From a virus: a stretch of DNA of 64,000 nucleotides. Below the pieces are notes generated by a model. That model worked only from the letters and a program-made list of their open reading frames with translations, made no database searches and was not told where the DNA came from. Of the stretch, positions 19,120 through 33,176 are shown piece after piece (positions within the stretch are counted from its first letter, which is position 1; each line of letters starts with the position of its first letter). The position numbers and the translations under genes were made by a program. The DNA is taken from the UHGV virus genome UHGV-0086135; one strand, written 5' to 3'.

Positions 19120-20028
19120 ATGTTTAAACGTAAATCTACTGCTGAACTCGCTGCACAAATGGCTAAACTGGCTGGAAATAAAGGTGGTTTTTCTTCTGAA
19201 GATAAAGGCGAGTGGAAACTGAAACTCGACAATGCGGGTAACGGTCAAGCAGTAATTCGTTTTCTTCCGTCTAAAAATGATGAACAAGCACCATTCGCAA
19301 TTCTTGTAAATCACGGTTTCAAGAAAAATGGTAAATGGTATATTGAAAACTGTTCATCTACCCACGGTGATTACGATTCCTGTCCAGTATGTCAGTACAT
19401 CAGTAAAAATGATTTGTACAACACTGACAATAAAGAGTACGGTCTTGTTAAACGTAAAACTTCTTACTGGGCTAACATTCTTGTAGTAAAAGACCCAGCT
19501 GCTCCAGAAAATGAAGGTAAAGTATTTAAATACCGTTTCGGTAAGAAAATCTGGGATAAAATCAATGCAATGATTGCAGTTGATGTTGAAATGGGTGAAA
19601 CTCCGGTTGATGTAACTTGTCCGTGGGAAGGTGCTAACTTTGTACTGAAAGTTAAACAAGTTTCTGGTTTTAGTAACTACGACGAATCTAAATTCCTGAA
19701 TCAATCTGCGATTCCAAACATCGATGATGAATCTTTCCAGAAAGAACTGTTCGAACAAATGGTTGATCTTTCTGAAATGACTTCTAAAGATAAATTCAAA
19801 TCGTTTGAAGAACTGAGCACTAAGTTCAGTCAAGTTATGGGAACTGCTGCTATGGGTGGTGCCGCAGCGACTGCCGCTAAGAAAGCTGATAAAGTTGCTG
19901 ATGATTTGGATGCATTCAATGTTGATGACTTCAAAACAAAAACTGAAGATGATTTTATGAGCTCAAGCTCTGGCAGTTCATCTAGTGCTGATGACACGGA
20001 CTTGGATGACCTTTTGAATGACCTTTAA
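19120..20028 (+). CDS. 32: single-stranded DNA-binding protein gp32 (302 aa)
   Basis: Sequence [50 protein letters not shown]... matches recalled T4 gp32; acidic Ser/Asp-rich C-terminus. Confidence 0.97.
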   Translation: MFKRKSTAELAAQMAKLAGNKGGFSSEDKGEWKLKLDNAGNGQAVIRFLPSKNDEQAPFAILVNHGFKKNGKWYIENCSSTHGDYDSCPVCQYISKNDLYNTDNKEYGLVKRKTSYWANILVVKDPAAPENEGKVFKYRFGKKIWDKINAMIAVDVEMGETPVDVTCPWEGANFVLKVKQVSGFSNYDESKFLNQSAIPNIDDESFQKELFEQMVDLSEMTSKDKFKSFEELSTKFSQVMGTAAMGGAAATAAKKADKVADDLDAFNVDDFKTKTEDDFMSSSSGSSSSADDTDLDDLLNDL

Positions 20029-20050
20029 TAGATTATATTACTAATTAATT

Positions 20051-20076
20051 GGGGACCCTAGAGGTCCCCTTTTTTA
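20051..20076 (+). terminator. rho-independent terminator after gene 32
   Basis: Hairpin GGGGACC-CTAGA-GGTCCCC followed by TTTTTT. Confidence 0.7.
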
Positions 20077-20100
20077 TTTCAAAAATTTTTTCACAAAACG

Positions 20101-20130
20101 GTTTACATACCACAAGGACTGTGGTACTAT
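20101..20130 (+). promoter_or_regulatory. T4-type early promoter
   Basis: GTTTAC...ctgtggTACTATacaactatc; near-identical to the promoter at 3451. Confidence 0.65.
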
Positions 20131-20173
20131 ACAACTATCAGCAATACTGCTGATGATTAAAGAGGAAAATAAT

Positions 20174-20401
20174 ATGGCTAAAGTTGATATTGACATCGTT
20201 GATTTTGAATATATTGAAGAAATTATTCGTAATCGTTATCCTGAACTTAGTATCACAAGCGTGCAAGATTCTAAGTTTTGGAGTATTCAAATCGTTATTG
20301 AAGGTCCTCTTGAAGACCTCACCCGCTTTATGGCTAATGAATATTGTGATGGCATGGATTCTGAAGACGCAGAATTTTACATGGGACTGATTGAACAATA
20401 A
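20174..20401 (+). CDS. hypothetical early protein (75 aa), frd.3-like by position
   Basis: Inner ATG after AGAGG within track ORF 20153-20401; own early promoter. Confidence 0.5.
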   Translation: MAKVDIDIVDFEYIEEIIRNRYPELSITSVQDSKFWSIQIVIEGPLEDLTRFMANEYCDGMDSEDAEFYMGLIEQ

Positions 20402-20445
20402 TTATCAAGGGGCTATCAAGCCCCTATTAAAATGAGGAAAATGCA

Positions 20446-20826
20446 ATGTATACTGGTAGAAAATATGAACTTGTTCCAAGACTTATTGATACATTTATTA
20501 ATTATAGCCCACGTTCCAATTCATCAATAGTTAAAGCTATTCGAGATAATGGCGGATGGTTTGAAGTTAAAGAAGTTTCCGTCGCCAATGGATACAAAGC
20601 AGTAAAACACATTGAATGCGCAAATGGAAAGCATTTTTATCTCAAAGATAGACTTTTAGAAATTTGCGAAGACGAATTTCATTGTTTCCGCGAGTATAAA
20701 GAACCAACTTCTGAAGAAGATGAAGTCAAAGACAAGGTTTCTGGCGTAACAAAAATTCACTGCATTGTTGACAAAAACAATGCAGATGAAATCATTGAAC
20801 TTTTGCGAAAAACTTTCAAAAAGTAG
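20446..20826 (+). CDS. hypothetical early protein (126 aa)
   Basis: ORF track; ATG after GAGG. Confidence 0.55.
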   Translation: MYTGRKYELVPRLIDTFINYSPRSNSSIVKAIRDNGGWFEVKEVSVANGYKAVKHIECANGKHFYLKDRLLEICEDEFHCFREYKEPTSEEDEVKDKVSGVTKIHCIVDKNNADEIIELLRKTFKK

Positions 20827-20855
20827 TTTACAGTAGGGTAGTAGTGTGATACTAT
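20826..20855 (+). promoter_or_regulatory. T4-type early promoter
   Basis: GTTTAC, 18-bp spacer, TACTAT; flanked by inverted repeat AGGGTA/TACCCT. Confidence 0.55.
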
Positions 20856-20880
20856 TACCCTATCAACTAAGGAGAATAAA

Positions 20881-21123
20881 ATGAGATTACAACGTCAGAG
20901 TATTAAAGATTCAGAAGTTAGAGGTAAATGGTATTTTAATATCATCGGTAAAGATTCTGAACCTGTTGAAAAAGCTGAACATCTTTTACGCGGCATGGGA
21001 TGGGAAGATGAATGTGATGGATGCCCTCTTTATGAGGATGGAGAAAGCGCAGGATTCTGGATTTACCATTCTGATGTTGAACAGTTTAAAGCTGATTGGA
21101 AAATTGTGAAAAAGTCTGTTTGA
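20881..21123 (+). CDS. hypothetical early protein (80 aa)
   Basis: ORF track; GGAG Shine-Dalgarno; own early promoter. Confidence 0.5.
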   Translation: MRLQRQSIKDSEVRGKWYFNIIGKDSEPVEKAEHLLRGMGWEDECDGCPLYEDGESAGFWIYHSDVEQFKADWKIVKKSV

Positions 21124-21133
21124 GGAAAATATT

Positions 21134-21469
21134 ATGTCTGACATTCATGTAACTGGAATTTCCCAAGTAAACATTCGCTGCCAATTTAAAACTGTACCTG
21201 GGGTGACTCATATTACTTTATCACACGACCCATATTCTCGTGGAACACAGTTAACTGGCGTAATTAAGTTTTTCGGTGGAATTGGCGGAAACGAATTTAC
21301 TATAGGCGATGACGAAATTATTGGTTGTAAATTAAAAGTTCAGAAGGGAGTGTTAGAACTTTTTAGTGATGAAGTTTTTAATGAAATCTCACAAGCAGTT
21401 AATAAAGGACTGCTAACGTTAATCAAAATGATTAAAGCCAGTGGATATGTTCCCGATCCTTTATATTAG
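21134..21469 (+). CDS. hypothetical early protein (111 aa)
   Basis: ORF track; ATG after GAGG. Confidence 0.5.
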   Translation: MSDIHVTGISQVNIRCQFKTVPGVTHITLSHDPYSRGTQLTGVIKFFGGIGGNEFTIGDDEIIGCKLKVQKGVLELFSDEVFNEISQAVNKGLLTLIKMIKASGYVPDPLY

Positions 21470-21477
21470 GAGATAAT

Positions 21478-22509
<1,032 letters not shown>

Positions 22510-22510
<1 letters not shown>

Positions 22511-23370
22511 TGAAACAATACCAATTTTTAATTAAAGATATCCTGGAAAATGGCTATGAAACCGATGACCGAACAGGCACAGGAACAATTGCTTTGTTCG
22601 GTACTAAATTACGCTGGGATTTAACTAAAGGTTTTCCTGCGGTAACAACTAAGAAGCTCGCCTGGAAAGCTTGCATTGCTGAGCTACTTTGGTTTTTATC
22701 AGGAAGCACAAATGTCAATGATTTACGATTAATTCAGCACGATTCATTAATTCAAGGCAAAACAGTCTGGGATGAAAATTACGAAAATCAAGCAAAAGAT
22801 TTAGGATACCATAGTGGTGAACTTGGTCCAATTTATGGAAAACAGTGGCGTGATTTTGGTGGTGTAGACCAAATTATAGAAGTTGTTGATCGTATTAAAA
22901 AACTGCCAAATGATAGACGTCAAATTGTTTCAGCATGGAATCCAGCTGAACTCAAGCAAATGGCATTACCACCTTGTCATATGTTCTATCAATTTAATGT
23001 GCGTAATGGCTATTTGGATTTGCAGTGGTATCAACGTTCGGTAGATGTTTTCCTCGGTCTTCCATTTAATATTGCATCATATGCTACGTTAGTTCATATT
23101 GTAGCTAAGATGTGTAATCTTATTCCAGGAGATTTGATATTTTCTGGTGGTAATACTCATATCTATATGAATCACGTAGAACAATGTAAAGAAATTTTGC
23201 GTCGTGAACCTATGGATTTATGCGAATTACAATTAAAATTTCCAGATGAATTTGATGAATGGAACACAGAATCACAGGTATTTTGGTTGAGTCAATTCGC
23301 AAAGCCGCATGATTTTGTTCTTAACAACTATGTATCTCACCCGCCAATTAAAGGAAAGATGGCGGTATAA
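22510..23370 (+). CDS. td: thymidylate synthase, uninterrupted (286 aa)
   Basis: Inner ATG of track ORF; MKQYQ.LIKDI.ENGYETDDRTGTGTIALFG... matches recalled T4 Td; one continuous reading frame. Confidence 0.95.
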
Positions 23371-23393
23371 TTTTAATTTAATTGCGAGGATAT

Positions 23394-23657
23394 ATGATTT
23401 TACGATTTAAAGATACTTCTGGTGTCGTTCTTTTTACACTTCCTAATCCAAGCGAGTTAGAAGTTCCAGGACCAAATCAGCCTATTATCATTTATGGCAA
23501 AAAATATTATACTCATAAAATGACTCGTGAGTATTTTGATAATAAAATTTCCACAGTTAAAACTTCTTCTGACTGTTATTATGATATTACTGTTTTAACG
23601 GAAAAACAATATGACGAATTATCACCGCGCGGGCCGTCTATGCCAGGTAGTGAATAA
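23394..23657 (+). CDS. hypothetical protein (87 aa), nrdA.1-like by position
   Basis: Inner ATG after GAGGA (track start TTG). Confidence 0.45.
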   Translation: MILRFKDTSGVVLFTLPNPSELEVPGPNQPIIIYGKKYYTHKMTREYFDNKISTVKTSSDCYYDITVLTEKQYDELSPRGPSMPGSE

Positions 23658-23937
23658 ATATAAATCTGACTTTGATGTTAATATTCACCGTGGTACATTT
23701 TGGGGAAATTACGTCGGTAAAGATGCTGGCAGCCGGGAGGCTGCCATTGAATTATTCAAAAAATATTTTATACGTCGAATTAAATCCGGAGAAATAACTA
23801 AAGCACATTTAGAGCCTTTACGTGGAATGAGGCTAGGATGCACATGTAAACCAAAGCCGTGTCATGGTGATATAATAGCTCATATAGTTAACCGATTGTT
23901 TAAAGACGATTTTCAAGTTGAGGACTTATGCAATTAA
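23611..23937 (+). CDS. hypothetical protein (108 aa), nrdA.2-like by position
   Basis: ORF track; overlaps upstream ORF; Cys/His-containing C-terminus. Confidence 0.45.
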   Translation: MTNYHRAGRLCQVVNKYKSDFDVNIHRGTFWGNYVGKDAGSREAAIELFKKYFIRRIKSGEITKAHLEPLRGMRLGCTCKPKPCHGDIIAHIVNRLFKDDFQVEDLCN

Positions 23938-26192
23938 TTAATGTTATCAAAAGTAGTGGTGTTTCTCAGAGCTTTGACCCGCAAAAAATTATTAAAGTTT
24001 TATCTTGGGCAGCTGAAGGAACATCTGTAGATCCTTATGAATTATATGAAAATATTAAATCATATCTCCGTGATGGAATGACCACTGATGATATTCAAAC
24101 CATTGTAATTAAGGCTGCTGCGAATTCTATTTCGGTTGAAGAGCCTGATTATCAATACGTGGCTGCACGGTGTTTAATGTTTGCTCTTCGTAAGCATGTT
24201 TATGGGCAGTATGAACCACGTTCATTTATTGACCATATTTCTTACTGTGTAAATGAAGGTAAATACGACCCTGAATTGTTGTCAAAATATTCAGCAGAAG
24301 AAATTACATTTTTAGAATCAAAAATTAAGCACGAACGGGATATGGAATTTACTTATTCCGGGGCGATGCAATTAAAAGAAAAATATCTAGTTAAAGATAA
24401 AACCACTGGTCAAATTTATGAAACTCCACAGTTTGCATTTATGACTATTGGAATGGCATTGCATCAAGATGAACCTGTTGATAGATTAAAACATGTTATT
24501 CGTTTTTATGAAGCAGTATCTACTCGACAGATTTCACTGCCAACTCCTATTATGGCTGGTTGCCGTACTCCGACTCGACAGTTTAGTTCATGCGTTGTTA
24601 TTGAGGCAGGTGATTCGCTGAAGTCTATCAATAAGGCTTCCGCTTCAATTGTTGAATATATCTCCAAACGCGCTGGAATTGGTATTAACGTTGGTATGAT
24701 TCGTGCCGAAGGTTCTAAGATTGGCACAGGTGAAGTACGTCATACTGGTGTTATTCCTTTTTGGAAACATTTTCAGACTGCTGTTAAATCATGCTCACAG
24801 GGTGGAATTCGTGGCGGCGCTGCTACTGCTTATTATCCTATTTGGCATTTGGAAGTTGAAAATCTTCTCGTTTTGAAAAACAACAAAGGTGTAGAAGAAA
24901 ACCGTATCCGTCATATGGATTATGGCGTTCAACTGAATGACCTAATGATGGAACGATTCGGAAAGAACGATTACATTACTTTGTTTAGTCCGCATGAAAT
25001 GGGTGGCGAACTTTATTATTCTTATTTTAAAGACCAAGACCGTTTCCGTGAATTATACGAAGCCGCAGAAAAAGACCCTAATATTCGTAAAAAGCGTATT
25101 AAAGCACGTGAACTGTTTGAATTGCTCATGACTGAACGCTCAGGAACAGCAAGGATTTATGTGCAGTTCATTGATAATACGAATAACTATACGCCATTTA
25201 TTCGTGAAAAGGCACCTATTCGTCAGAGTAACTTGTGCTGTGAAATTGCTATTCCAACAAATGATGTGAATAGTCCTGATGCTGAAATTGGATTGTGCAC
25301 GTTATCTGCATTTGTGTTAGATAACTTCGATTGGCAAGACCAAGATAAAATTAATGAATTGGCAGAAGTCCAAGTTCGTGCTCTTGATAATCTTTTGGAT
25401 TACCAAGGATATCCAGTTCCTGAAGCAGAAAAAGCTAAAAAGCGTCGAAACCTTGGCGTAGGTGTTACTAACTATGCAGCTTGGCTGGCAAGTAATTTTG
25501 CTTCTTATGAAGATGCTAACGATTTAACACATGAACTATTTGAGAGATTGCAGTATGGACTCATTAAAGCATCCATTAAACTCGCCAAAGAAAAAGGACC
25601 TTGCGAATATTATTCAGACACTCGTTGGTCTCGAGGCGAATTACCTATCGACTGGTACAATAAAAAGATTGACCAAATCGCAGCTCCAAAATACGTTTGT
25701 GACTGGTCGTCGCTGCGGGAAGACCTTAAGCTCTTTGGCATCCGTAATAGCACATTATCAGCACTTATGCCATGTGAGTCATCTTCCCAAGTTTCTAACA
25801 GTACAAACGGTATCGAGCCTCCACGTGGACCAGTCTCTGTTAAAGAATCAAAAGAGGGTTCCTTTAATCAAGTCGTGCCCAATATTGAGCATAACATAGA
25901 CCTATATGATTATACGTGGAAATTAGCTAAGAAAGGTAATAAACCTTATCTTACGCAGGTAGCTATTATGCTTAAATGGGTGTGTCAATCAGCTTCAGCG
26001 AATACATATTATGACCCGCAGATTTTTCCAAAAGGAAAGGTTCCAATGTCAATAATGATTGATGACCTTTTATATTTTTGGTATTTTGGCGGAAAAAATT
26101 TCTATTATCATAATACACGTGACGGTTCTGGTACTGATGATTATGAAATAGAAACTCCAAAAGCTGAAGATTGTTCATCCTGTAAATTATGA
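23928..26192 (+). CDS. nrdA: aerobic ribonucleotide reductase large subunit NrdA (754 aa)
   Basis: Same length as T4 NrdA; class Ia RNR alpha features (ATP-cone N-terminus, C-terminal Cys pair). Confidence 0.96.
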   Translation: MQLINVIKSSGVSQSFDPQKIIKVLSWAAEGTSVDPYELYENIKSYLRDGMTTDDIQTIVIKAAANSISVEEPDYQYVAARCLMFALRKHVYGQYEPRSFIDHISYCVNEGKYDPELLSKYSAEEITFLESKIKHERDMEFTYSGAMQLKEKYLVKDKTTGQIYETPQFAFMTIGMALHQDEPVDRLKHVIRFYEAVSTRQISLPTPIMAGCRTPTRQFSSCVVIEAGDSLKSINKASASIVEYISKRAGIGINVGMIRAEGSKIGTGEVRHTGVIPFWKHFQTAVKSCSQGGIRGGAATAYYPIWHLEVENLLVLKNNKGVEENRIRHMDYGVQLNDLMMERFGKNDYITLFSPHEMGGELYYSYFKDQDRFRELYEAAEKDPNIRKKRIKARELFELLMTERSGTARIYVQFIDNTNNYTPFIREKAPIRQSNLCCEIAIPTNDVNSPDAEIGLCTLSAFVLDNFDWQDQDKINELAEVQVRALDNLLDYQGYPVPEAEKAKKRRNLGVGVTNYAAWLASNFASYEDANDLTHELFERLQYGLIKASIKLAKEKGPCEYYSDTRWSRGELPIDWYNKKIDQIAAPKYVCDWSSLREDLKLFGIRNSTLSALMPCESSSQVSNSTNGIEPPRGPVSVKESKEGSFNQVVPNIEHNIDLYDYTWKLAKKGNKPYLTQVAIMLKWVCQSASANTYYDPQIFPKGKVPMSIMIDDLLYFWYFGGKNFYYHNTRDGSGTDDYEIETPKAEDCSSCKL

Positions 26193-26243
26193 TATAATTT
26201 GACTCACGGACGAGTCACTATCTATTAACTAAGCGGAAAATTT

Positions 26244-27413
26244 ATGAGCACAGTTTTTAATACAAATCCAGTTGATGTTTTAAAAGAACCTATGTTCTTC
26301 GGTTCAGGTCTTGGTATTGCGCGTTATGATATTCAACGCCATAAAGTTTTTGAAGATTTAACCGAAAAGCAATTATCATTTTTCTGGCGTCCTGAAGAAG
26401 TAAACTTGATGATGGATGCTGCACAATTTAACAAGCTTCCTCAATATCAGCAAGATATTTTTACTAATAATCTGAAGTATCAATCACTTCTAGATAGCAT
26501 TCAGGGTCGTGCACCGTCTGCTGTACTTATGTCGTTAATTTCAGACCCAAGTCTTGATACATGGGTTGCTACATGGACTTTTAGTGAAACTATTCACAGC
26601 CGTTCATACACTCATATTATGCGAAATCTTTATACTGATCCGTCAAAAGTGTTTGATGAGATTGTATTAGATAAAGCTATTATGAAACGTGCTGAATCTA
26701 TTGGTCGCTATTACGATGATGTTCTAGTTAAGACTCGTGAATATCAGAATGCGGTTGAAGATTATGAAGGAATTTTATCAGAAGGATTTCGCAAAGAAGA
26801 GTTAGGCAAAGTTGTTGAATGTACTAAACAAGCACTAATGAAATCTCTTTATCTTTGCCTTCATGTAATCAATGCACTGGAAGCTATTCGTTTTTACGTA
26901 TCTTTCGCGTGTACATTTAACTTCCATAAGAACATGGAAATCATGGAAGGTAATGCCAAGATTATGAAGTTCATTGCTCGTGATGAGCAACTTCATCTTA
27001 AAGGAACCCAATATATTATTCGTCAACTTCAACTTGGTACTGATGGTGATGAATGGGTTAAAATCGCCCAAGAGTGTGAACAAGAAGCAGTTGATATTTT
27101 CATGGAAGTTAACCGTCAAGAAAAAGACTGGGCAGTTCATTTATTTAAAGATGGCGATGTTCCTGGATTAAATACAAATAGCATGTGGAGCTTTATTGAT
27201 TACTTAACTGTATCTCGTATGAAACAGTGTGGTCTTCCATGCCCAATTACCGATGCTCCGGTTAAACATCCGTATCCTTGGATTCGTGAATACCTTAATT
27301 CTGATAATGTTCAATCCGCGCCACAGGAAGTAGAACTGTCATCTTACCTTGTAGCACAGATTGATAATGATGTTGATGATAAAGTTATGATGAGTTTTAA
27401 AAAATATTTTTAA
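26244..27413 (+). CDS. nrdB: ribonucleotide reductase small subunit NrdB, uninterrupted (389 aa)
   Basis: Class Ia RNR beta-like sequence; continuous frame; followed by hairpin terminator. Confidence 0.95.
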   Translation: MSTVFNTNPVDVLKEPMFFGSGLGIARYDIQRHKVFEDLTEKQLSFFWRPEEVNLMMDAAQFNKLPQYQQDIFTNNLKYQSLLDSIQGRAPSAVLMSLISDPSLDTWVATWTFSETIHSRSYTHIMRNLYTDPSKVFDEIVLDKAIMKRAESIGRYYDDVLVKTREYQNAVEDYEGILSEGFRKEELGKVVECTKQALMKSLYLCLHVINALEAIRFYVSFACTFNFHKNMEIMEGNAKIMKFIARDEQLHLKGTQYIIRQLQLGTDGDEWVKIAQECEQEAVDIFMEVNRQEKDWAVHLFKDGDVPGLNTNSMWSFIDYLTVSRMKQCGLPCPITDAPVKHPYPWIREYLNSDNVQSAPQEVELSSYLVAQIDNDVDDKVMMSFKKYF

Positions 27414-27417
27414 GGAG

Positions 27418-27439
27418 TGGGCCGCAAGGCCCATTTTAT
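27418..27439 (+). terminator. hairpin terminator after nrdB
   Basis: TGGGCC-GCAA-GGCCCA followed by TTTTATT. Confidence 0.55.
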
Positions 27440-27440
27440 T

Positions 27441-29028
<1,588 letters not shown>

Positions 29029-29031
29029 GCT

Positions 29032-29061
29032 GTTTACAAGTCCCTTGTGTTGTGTTATAGT
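29032..29061 (+). promoter_or_regulatory. T4-type early promoter
   Basis: GTTTAC, 18-bp spacer, TATAGT; promoter plus leader near-identical to cassette at 45005. Confidence 0.55.
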
Positions 29062-29089
29062 AGTCTTACTGACATAACATGAGGACTTT

Positions 29090-29596
29090 ATGATGGATTT
29101 GCAGCTTATTACTACTGAGATGGTCGTTGAAGCATACGGTGATACTACAGATGGGATTTCTGTATTTAAAGGAAATCGTCGAGTTGGATATATCACCGAT
29201 CTTAAGAAAGATTTAGCTAAGCAAGTCAAGCGGAAAACGACCATTAAAGAATATCGAAATCGTCGTCTTGAGCAAGCCCGTGATATGCTTCCTGATGCGG
29301 TTGAGGAGATGAAAGTCTTTTTAGAAAATCAGCTTGCGAAATATGATTGTGATGTGTTCATTAATCAGACTCAACCTAATGTTCATATTAACAACTGTAA
29401 ATGCTATATCATCGTTAATCCTTTAACGGGAAAACATCGTCTTGGAATTAGTAATCCAAATCGTAGCGCATCGGATATGGCAGAAGATGTTGAGGCATGC
29501 TTTAAAATTTCTAAATCTCCGGCTGAACATCATATTTTAATTAACGGTCTTTCTCAAGACGATATTATAGAGGTTATTAAAACTTTATGCAATTAA
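29090..29596 (+). CDS. hypothetical early protein (168 aa)
   Basis: ORF track; own early promoter. Confidence 0.55.
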   Translation: MMDLQLITTEMVVEAYGDTTDGISVFKGNRRVGYITDLKKDLAKQVKRKTTIKEYRNRRLEQARDMLPDAVEEMKVFLENQLAKYDCDVFINQTQPNVHINNCKCYIIVNPLTGKHRLGISNPNRSASDMAEDVEACFKISKSPAEHHILINGLSQDDIIEVIKTLCN

Positions 29597-29940
29597 GTAA
29601 TACGACAACAGGCTTGCTATTAATTGTAATTGCATTGGGCGGAACTTCTTTAATTTTAAAAAATAAAATTGAAAGATTAGAAACGTCTGTTGTAGAAATT
29701 ACAAAAACGGCCAATGAAAACGCTTTAGCATTAAATAATTTGCGAATTCAGTATAATTATATTGATGCGATGAATAATAAAAATCGTGAGGCAATTGCTG
29801 CTATTGAGCGTGAAAATGAAAAACTGCGCAAAGACGCAAAGAAGGCGGATGTGGTGGCTCATAAGCCAGGATTGGTTGAAAAACAAATCAACAACTCCTT
29901 CAACAAGTTCGCAGAAGACATCCAGGACCTTTCTAAATGA
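29587..29940 (+). CDS. hypothetical membrane-anchored coiled-coil protein (117 aa)
   Basis: ORF track; N-terminal hydrophobic helix LLLIVIALGGTSLIL then charged helical region. Confidence 0.5.
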   Translation: MQLSNTTTGLLLIVIALGGTSLILKNKIERLETSVVEITKTANENALALNNLRIQYNYIDAMNNKNREAIAAIERENEKLRKDAKKADVVAHKPGLVEKQINNSFNKFAEDIQDLSK

Positions 29941-30236
29941 TTAAACTATCAGCAGTAATATTATCTATTGGTCTTCTAGTTGGTTGTTCGACAAAGCCTC
30001 TAGAAGTAAAGAAAGAAACAGTTCATCCTAATTGGCCTGTGCAGATAAAGTCATACGATGAAGCTAAACTATCCTGGCAAGTTAAAGTTATTGATGGTAA
30101 AGCTTGGGTCGGTATGCCATTTGAAGATTCCCAGGAATTTCGTATTTGGCTTAATGATGTAAAACGATATGTGCATGACCAGAAAACTATGATATGTTAT
30201 TATCGTCAAGAGCTAAAAGAGGATAAATGTAAATGA
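29937..30236 (+). CDS. putative lipoprotein (99 aa)
   Basis: ORF track; N-terminus MIKLSAVILSIGLLVGCSTKP resembles a lipoprotein signal peptide with lipobox L-V-G-C. Confidence 0.55.
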   Translation: MIKLSAVILSIGLLVGCSTKPLEVKKETVHPNWPVQIKSYDEAKLSWQVKVIDGKAWVGMPFEDSQEFRIWLNDVKRYVHDQKTMICYYRQELKEDKCK

Positions 30237-30459
30237 TTTCATGGCATCAATTTGAACATCTCAAAGGATTGATTTATGAATCCGAGATGGCTGCAATGAT
30301 TTATGGACGCCAGATTCAACGATTAGAATCTTTACCTCCAACTAATGATGTTTTATTAGCTCAATCTCGTGCTAATCTTAAAAATGAATACCAAAATAAG
30401 TGGGGTAAAGCATCTAAAGACCTACATGATTATATTCAATCATTGGTTGAGAAAAATAG

Positions 30460-30463
<4 letters not shown>
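30233..30463 (+). CDS. hypothetical protein (76 aa)
   Basis: ORF track; ATGA coupling. Confidence 0.45.
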
Positions 30464-31684
<1,221 letters not shown>

Positions 31685-31685
<1 letters not shown>

Positions 31686-31882
31686 TGGCTTGGCATCATG
31701 AAACTTGGGCTATTATTATTGTAAATAGCGGTTTAGTTGGTACTAGTAATGGGCAATTTTGTGTATTCACTAGTGAAATCAGAGCTTGGGAGGAATGCCT
31801 TAAATTAAGAGAAAAGAATCCTGATGTTGAACTAACAGTAAAGAAAACTAAACTGCCTTTACCATGGAAAACTTATGAATAA
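31685..31882 (+). CDS. hypothetical protein (65 aa)
   Basis: ORF track. Confidence 0.4.
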
Positions 31883-32075
31883 CATAGAAAAGATTTATCG
31901 GCTTTGTGATAAAATTGAAAAAGAAAAGAAATATCTATTTTGTTTATGGCCTATTGTTGATGGAAGAGTAGGCTTAGATGTTCTTGATTATGAAACAGAA
32001 GACAAAGTAGATGGTTCAACTTTTGATAATGCGTTGGATGTTATTGATTGGCTTGAAGAAAATTATGTGAGGTAA
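31875..32075 (+). CDS. hypothetical protein (66 aa)
   Basis: ORF track. Confidence 0.4.
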   Translation: MNNIEKIYRLCDKIEKEKKYLFCLWPIVDGRVGLDVLDYETEDKVDGSTFDNALDVIDWLEENYVR

Positions 32076-32077
32076 AT

Positions 32078-32353
32078 ATGTTTCCGACTTATTCTAAAAT
32101 CGTAGAAGTAGTGTTTAGCCAAATTATTGCTAATAATATGTTTGAAAAGCTTGATAACGCTGCCGAGCTTCGAATTCATGCTCAAGTGACTCATGTATTG
32201 AACACTTTGCTTTCAGACCAGGTGGATTCTATTGCCATTACGCTGTATCCAGGTTCTGCGCATATCATTGTCGTATTCGGTCTTGATGCTGAGCTAGTCA
32301 TCAAAGGCGATATTCGCTTTGAATCACAGACATCAGAATTCAAAGCAATTTAA
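32078..32353 (+). CDS. hypothetical protein (91 aa)
   Basis: ORF track. Confidence 0.45.
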   Translation: MFPTYSKIVEVVFSQIIANNMFEKLDNAAELRIHAQVTHVLNTLLSDQVDSIAITLYPGSAHIIVVFGLDAELVIKGDIRFESQTSEFKAI

Positions 32354-32355
32354 TA

Positions 32356-32385
32356 GTTTACTTTATGGTAGAGTTGTGATATTAT
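32356..32385 (+). promoter_or_regulatory. T4-type early promoter
   Basis: GTTTAC, 18-bp spacer, TATTAT. Confidence 0.5.
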
Positions 32386-32415
32386 AGCTATACCAAAACA
32401 AATGAGGAAATTGAA

Positions 32416-32946
32416 ATGAGCGAATGGTTTGAAGAAGATAAGGTTTATCGCTTTAAAGCTGGATATAAAGATATTTTTAATGAAACTTGCGGGGCTAATA
32501 AACGAATTGCCCAGTTTATTGGGGAAAATTCATTTAAAGTAAAAATAGATCCTGCGAAAAATGTTATTAGCATTAAACGCGAAATTGATGACCGCTGGTA
32601 TAAAGCTGTTGATGTAATGGGCGAATCCTATAAAGTTAGCCCGCTATTTTCAATTGCTTATATGTTAGAATATTCTTTTTTCGAAGAAGTTCAAAAAGAT
32701 GATTCTGTCAGTAAATTTGAAATTAAAACTGATAAAGAAATTAAGTGGAAAGTAGTAGGTATTACTGGTGGTTGCATGTTTTATATCTATGCTCAAACTG
32801 ATACGAAGGAAGAAGCTAAAAAGAAAGCTCTAGAATATCTTGAAGAGTATGAAGAAGGCCCGGTAATGATTACACAAGATGCTGAATTAGTTTCTGTTAA
32901 ATTAGTTAAAAACGTTGAAAGTAAGGAGCTGGGATCAACATGCTAA
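32416..32946 (+). CDS. hypothetical early protein (176 aa)
   Basis: ORF track; own early promoter and GAGG Shine-Dalgarno. Confidence 0.55.
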   Translation: MSEWFEEDKVYRFKAGYKDIFNETCGANKRIAQFIGENSFKVKIDPAKNVISIKREIDDRWYKAVDVMGESYKVSPLFSIAYMLEYSFFEEVQKDDSVSKFEIKTDKEIKWKVVGITGGCMFYIYAQTDTKEEAKKKALEYLEEYEEGPVMITQDAELVSVKLVKNVESKELGSTC

Positions 32947-33176
32947 GTGAAAAACCAATTACTGTTAAAGAATTCCAAGAAAAAGTTAAACTATTTGCTC
33001 AGGAATTGGTAAATAAGGTTTCTGAACGATTTCCTGAAACATCGGTTCGTGTTATTACCGAAACTCCTCGTTCAGTATTAGTAATTGTGAATCCAGGTGA
33101 TGGTGACCAAATAACACATCTCAAATTGGATTTTGATAGATTAGTTGAAGCACAAAGGGTGTATGGCGTACTATGA
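32940..33176 (+). CDS. hypothetical protein (78 aa)
   Basis: ORF track. Confidence 0.45.
   Translation: MLSEKPITVKEFQEKVKLFAQELVNKVSERFPETSVRVITETPRSVLVIVNPGDGDQITHLKLDFDRLVEAQRVYGVL

Noticed and set aside
17006-19833. Minus-strand ORFs within rnh and gene 32 (17006-17260, 17341-17589, 19069-19314, 19354-19833)
   Set aside because: Antisense to genes with near-exact T4 matches; no start context.
24506-27171. Nested ORFs within nrdA and nrdB (24506-24727, 25531-25899, 25972-26178, 26835-27140, 26974-27171)
   Set aside because: Overlap conserved ribonucleotide reductase frames; alternate-frame artefacts.
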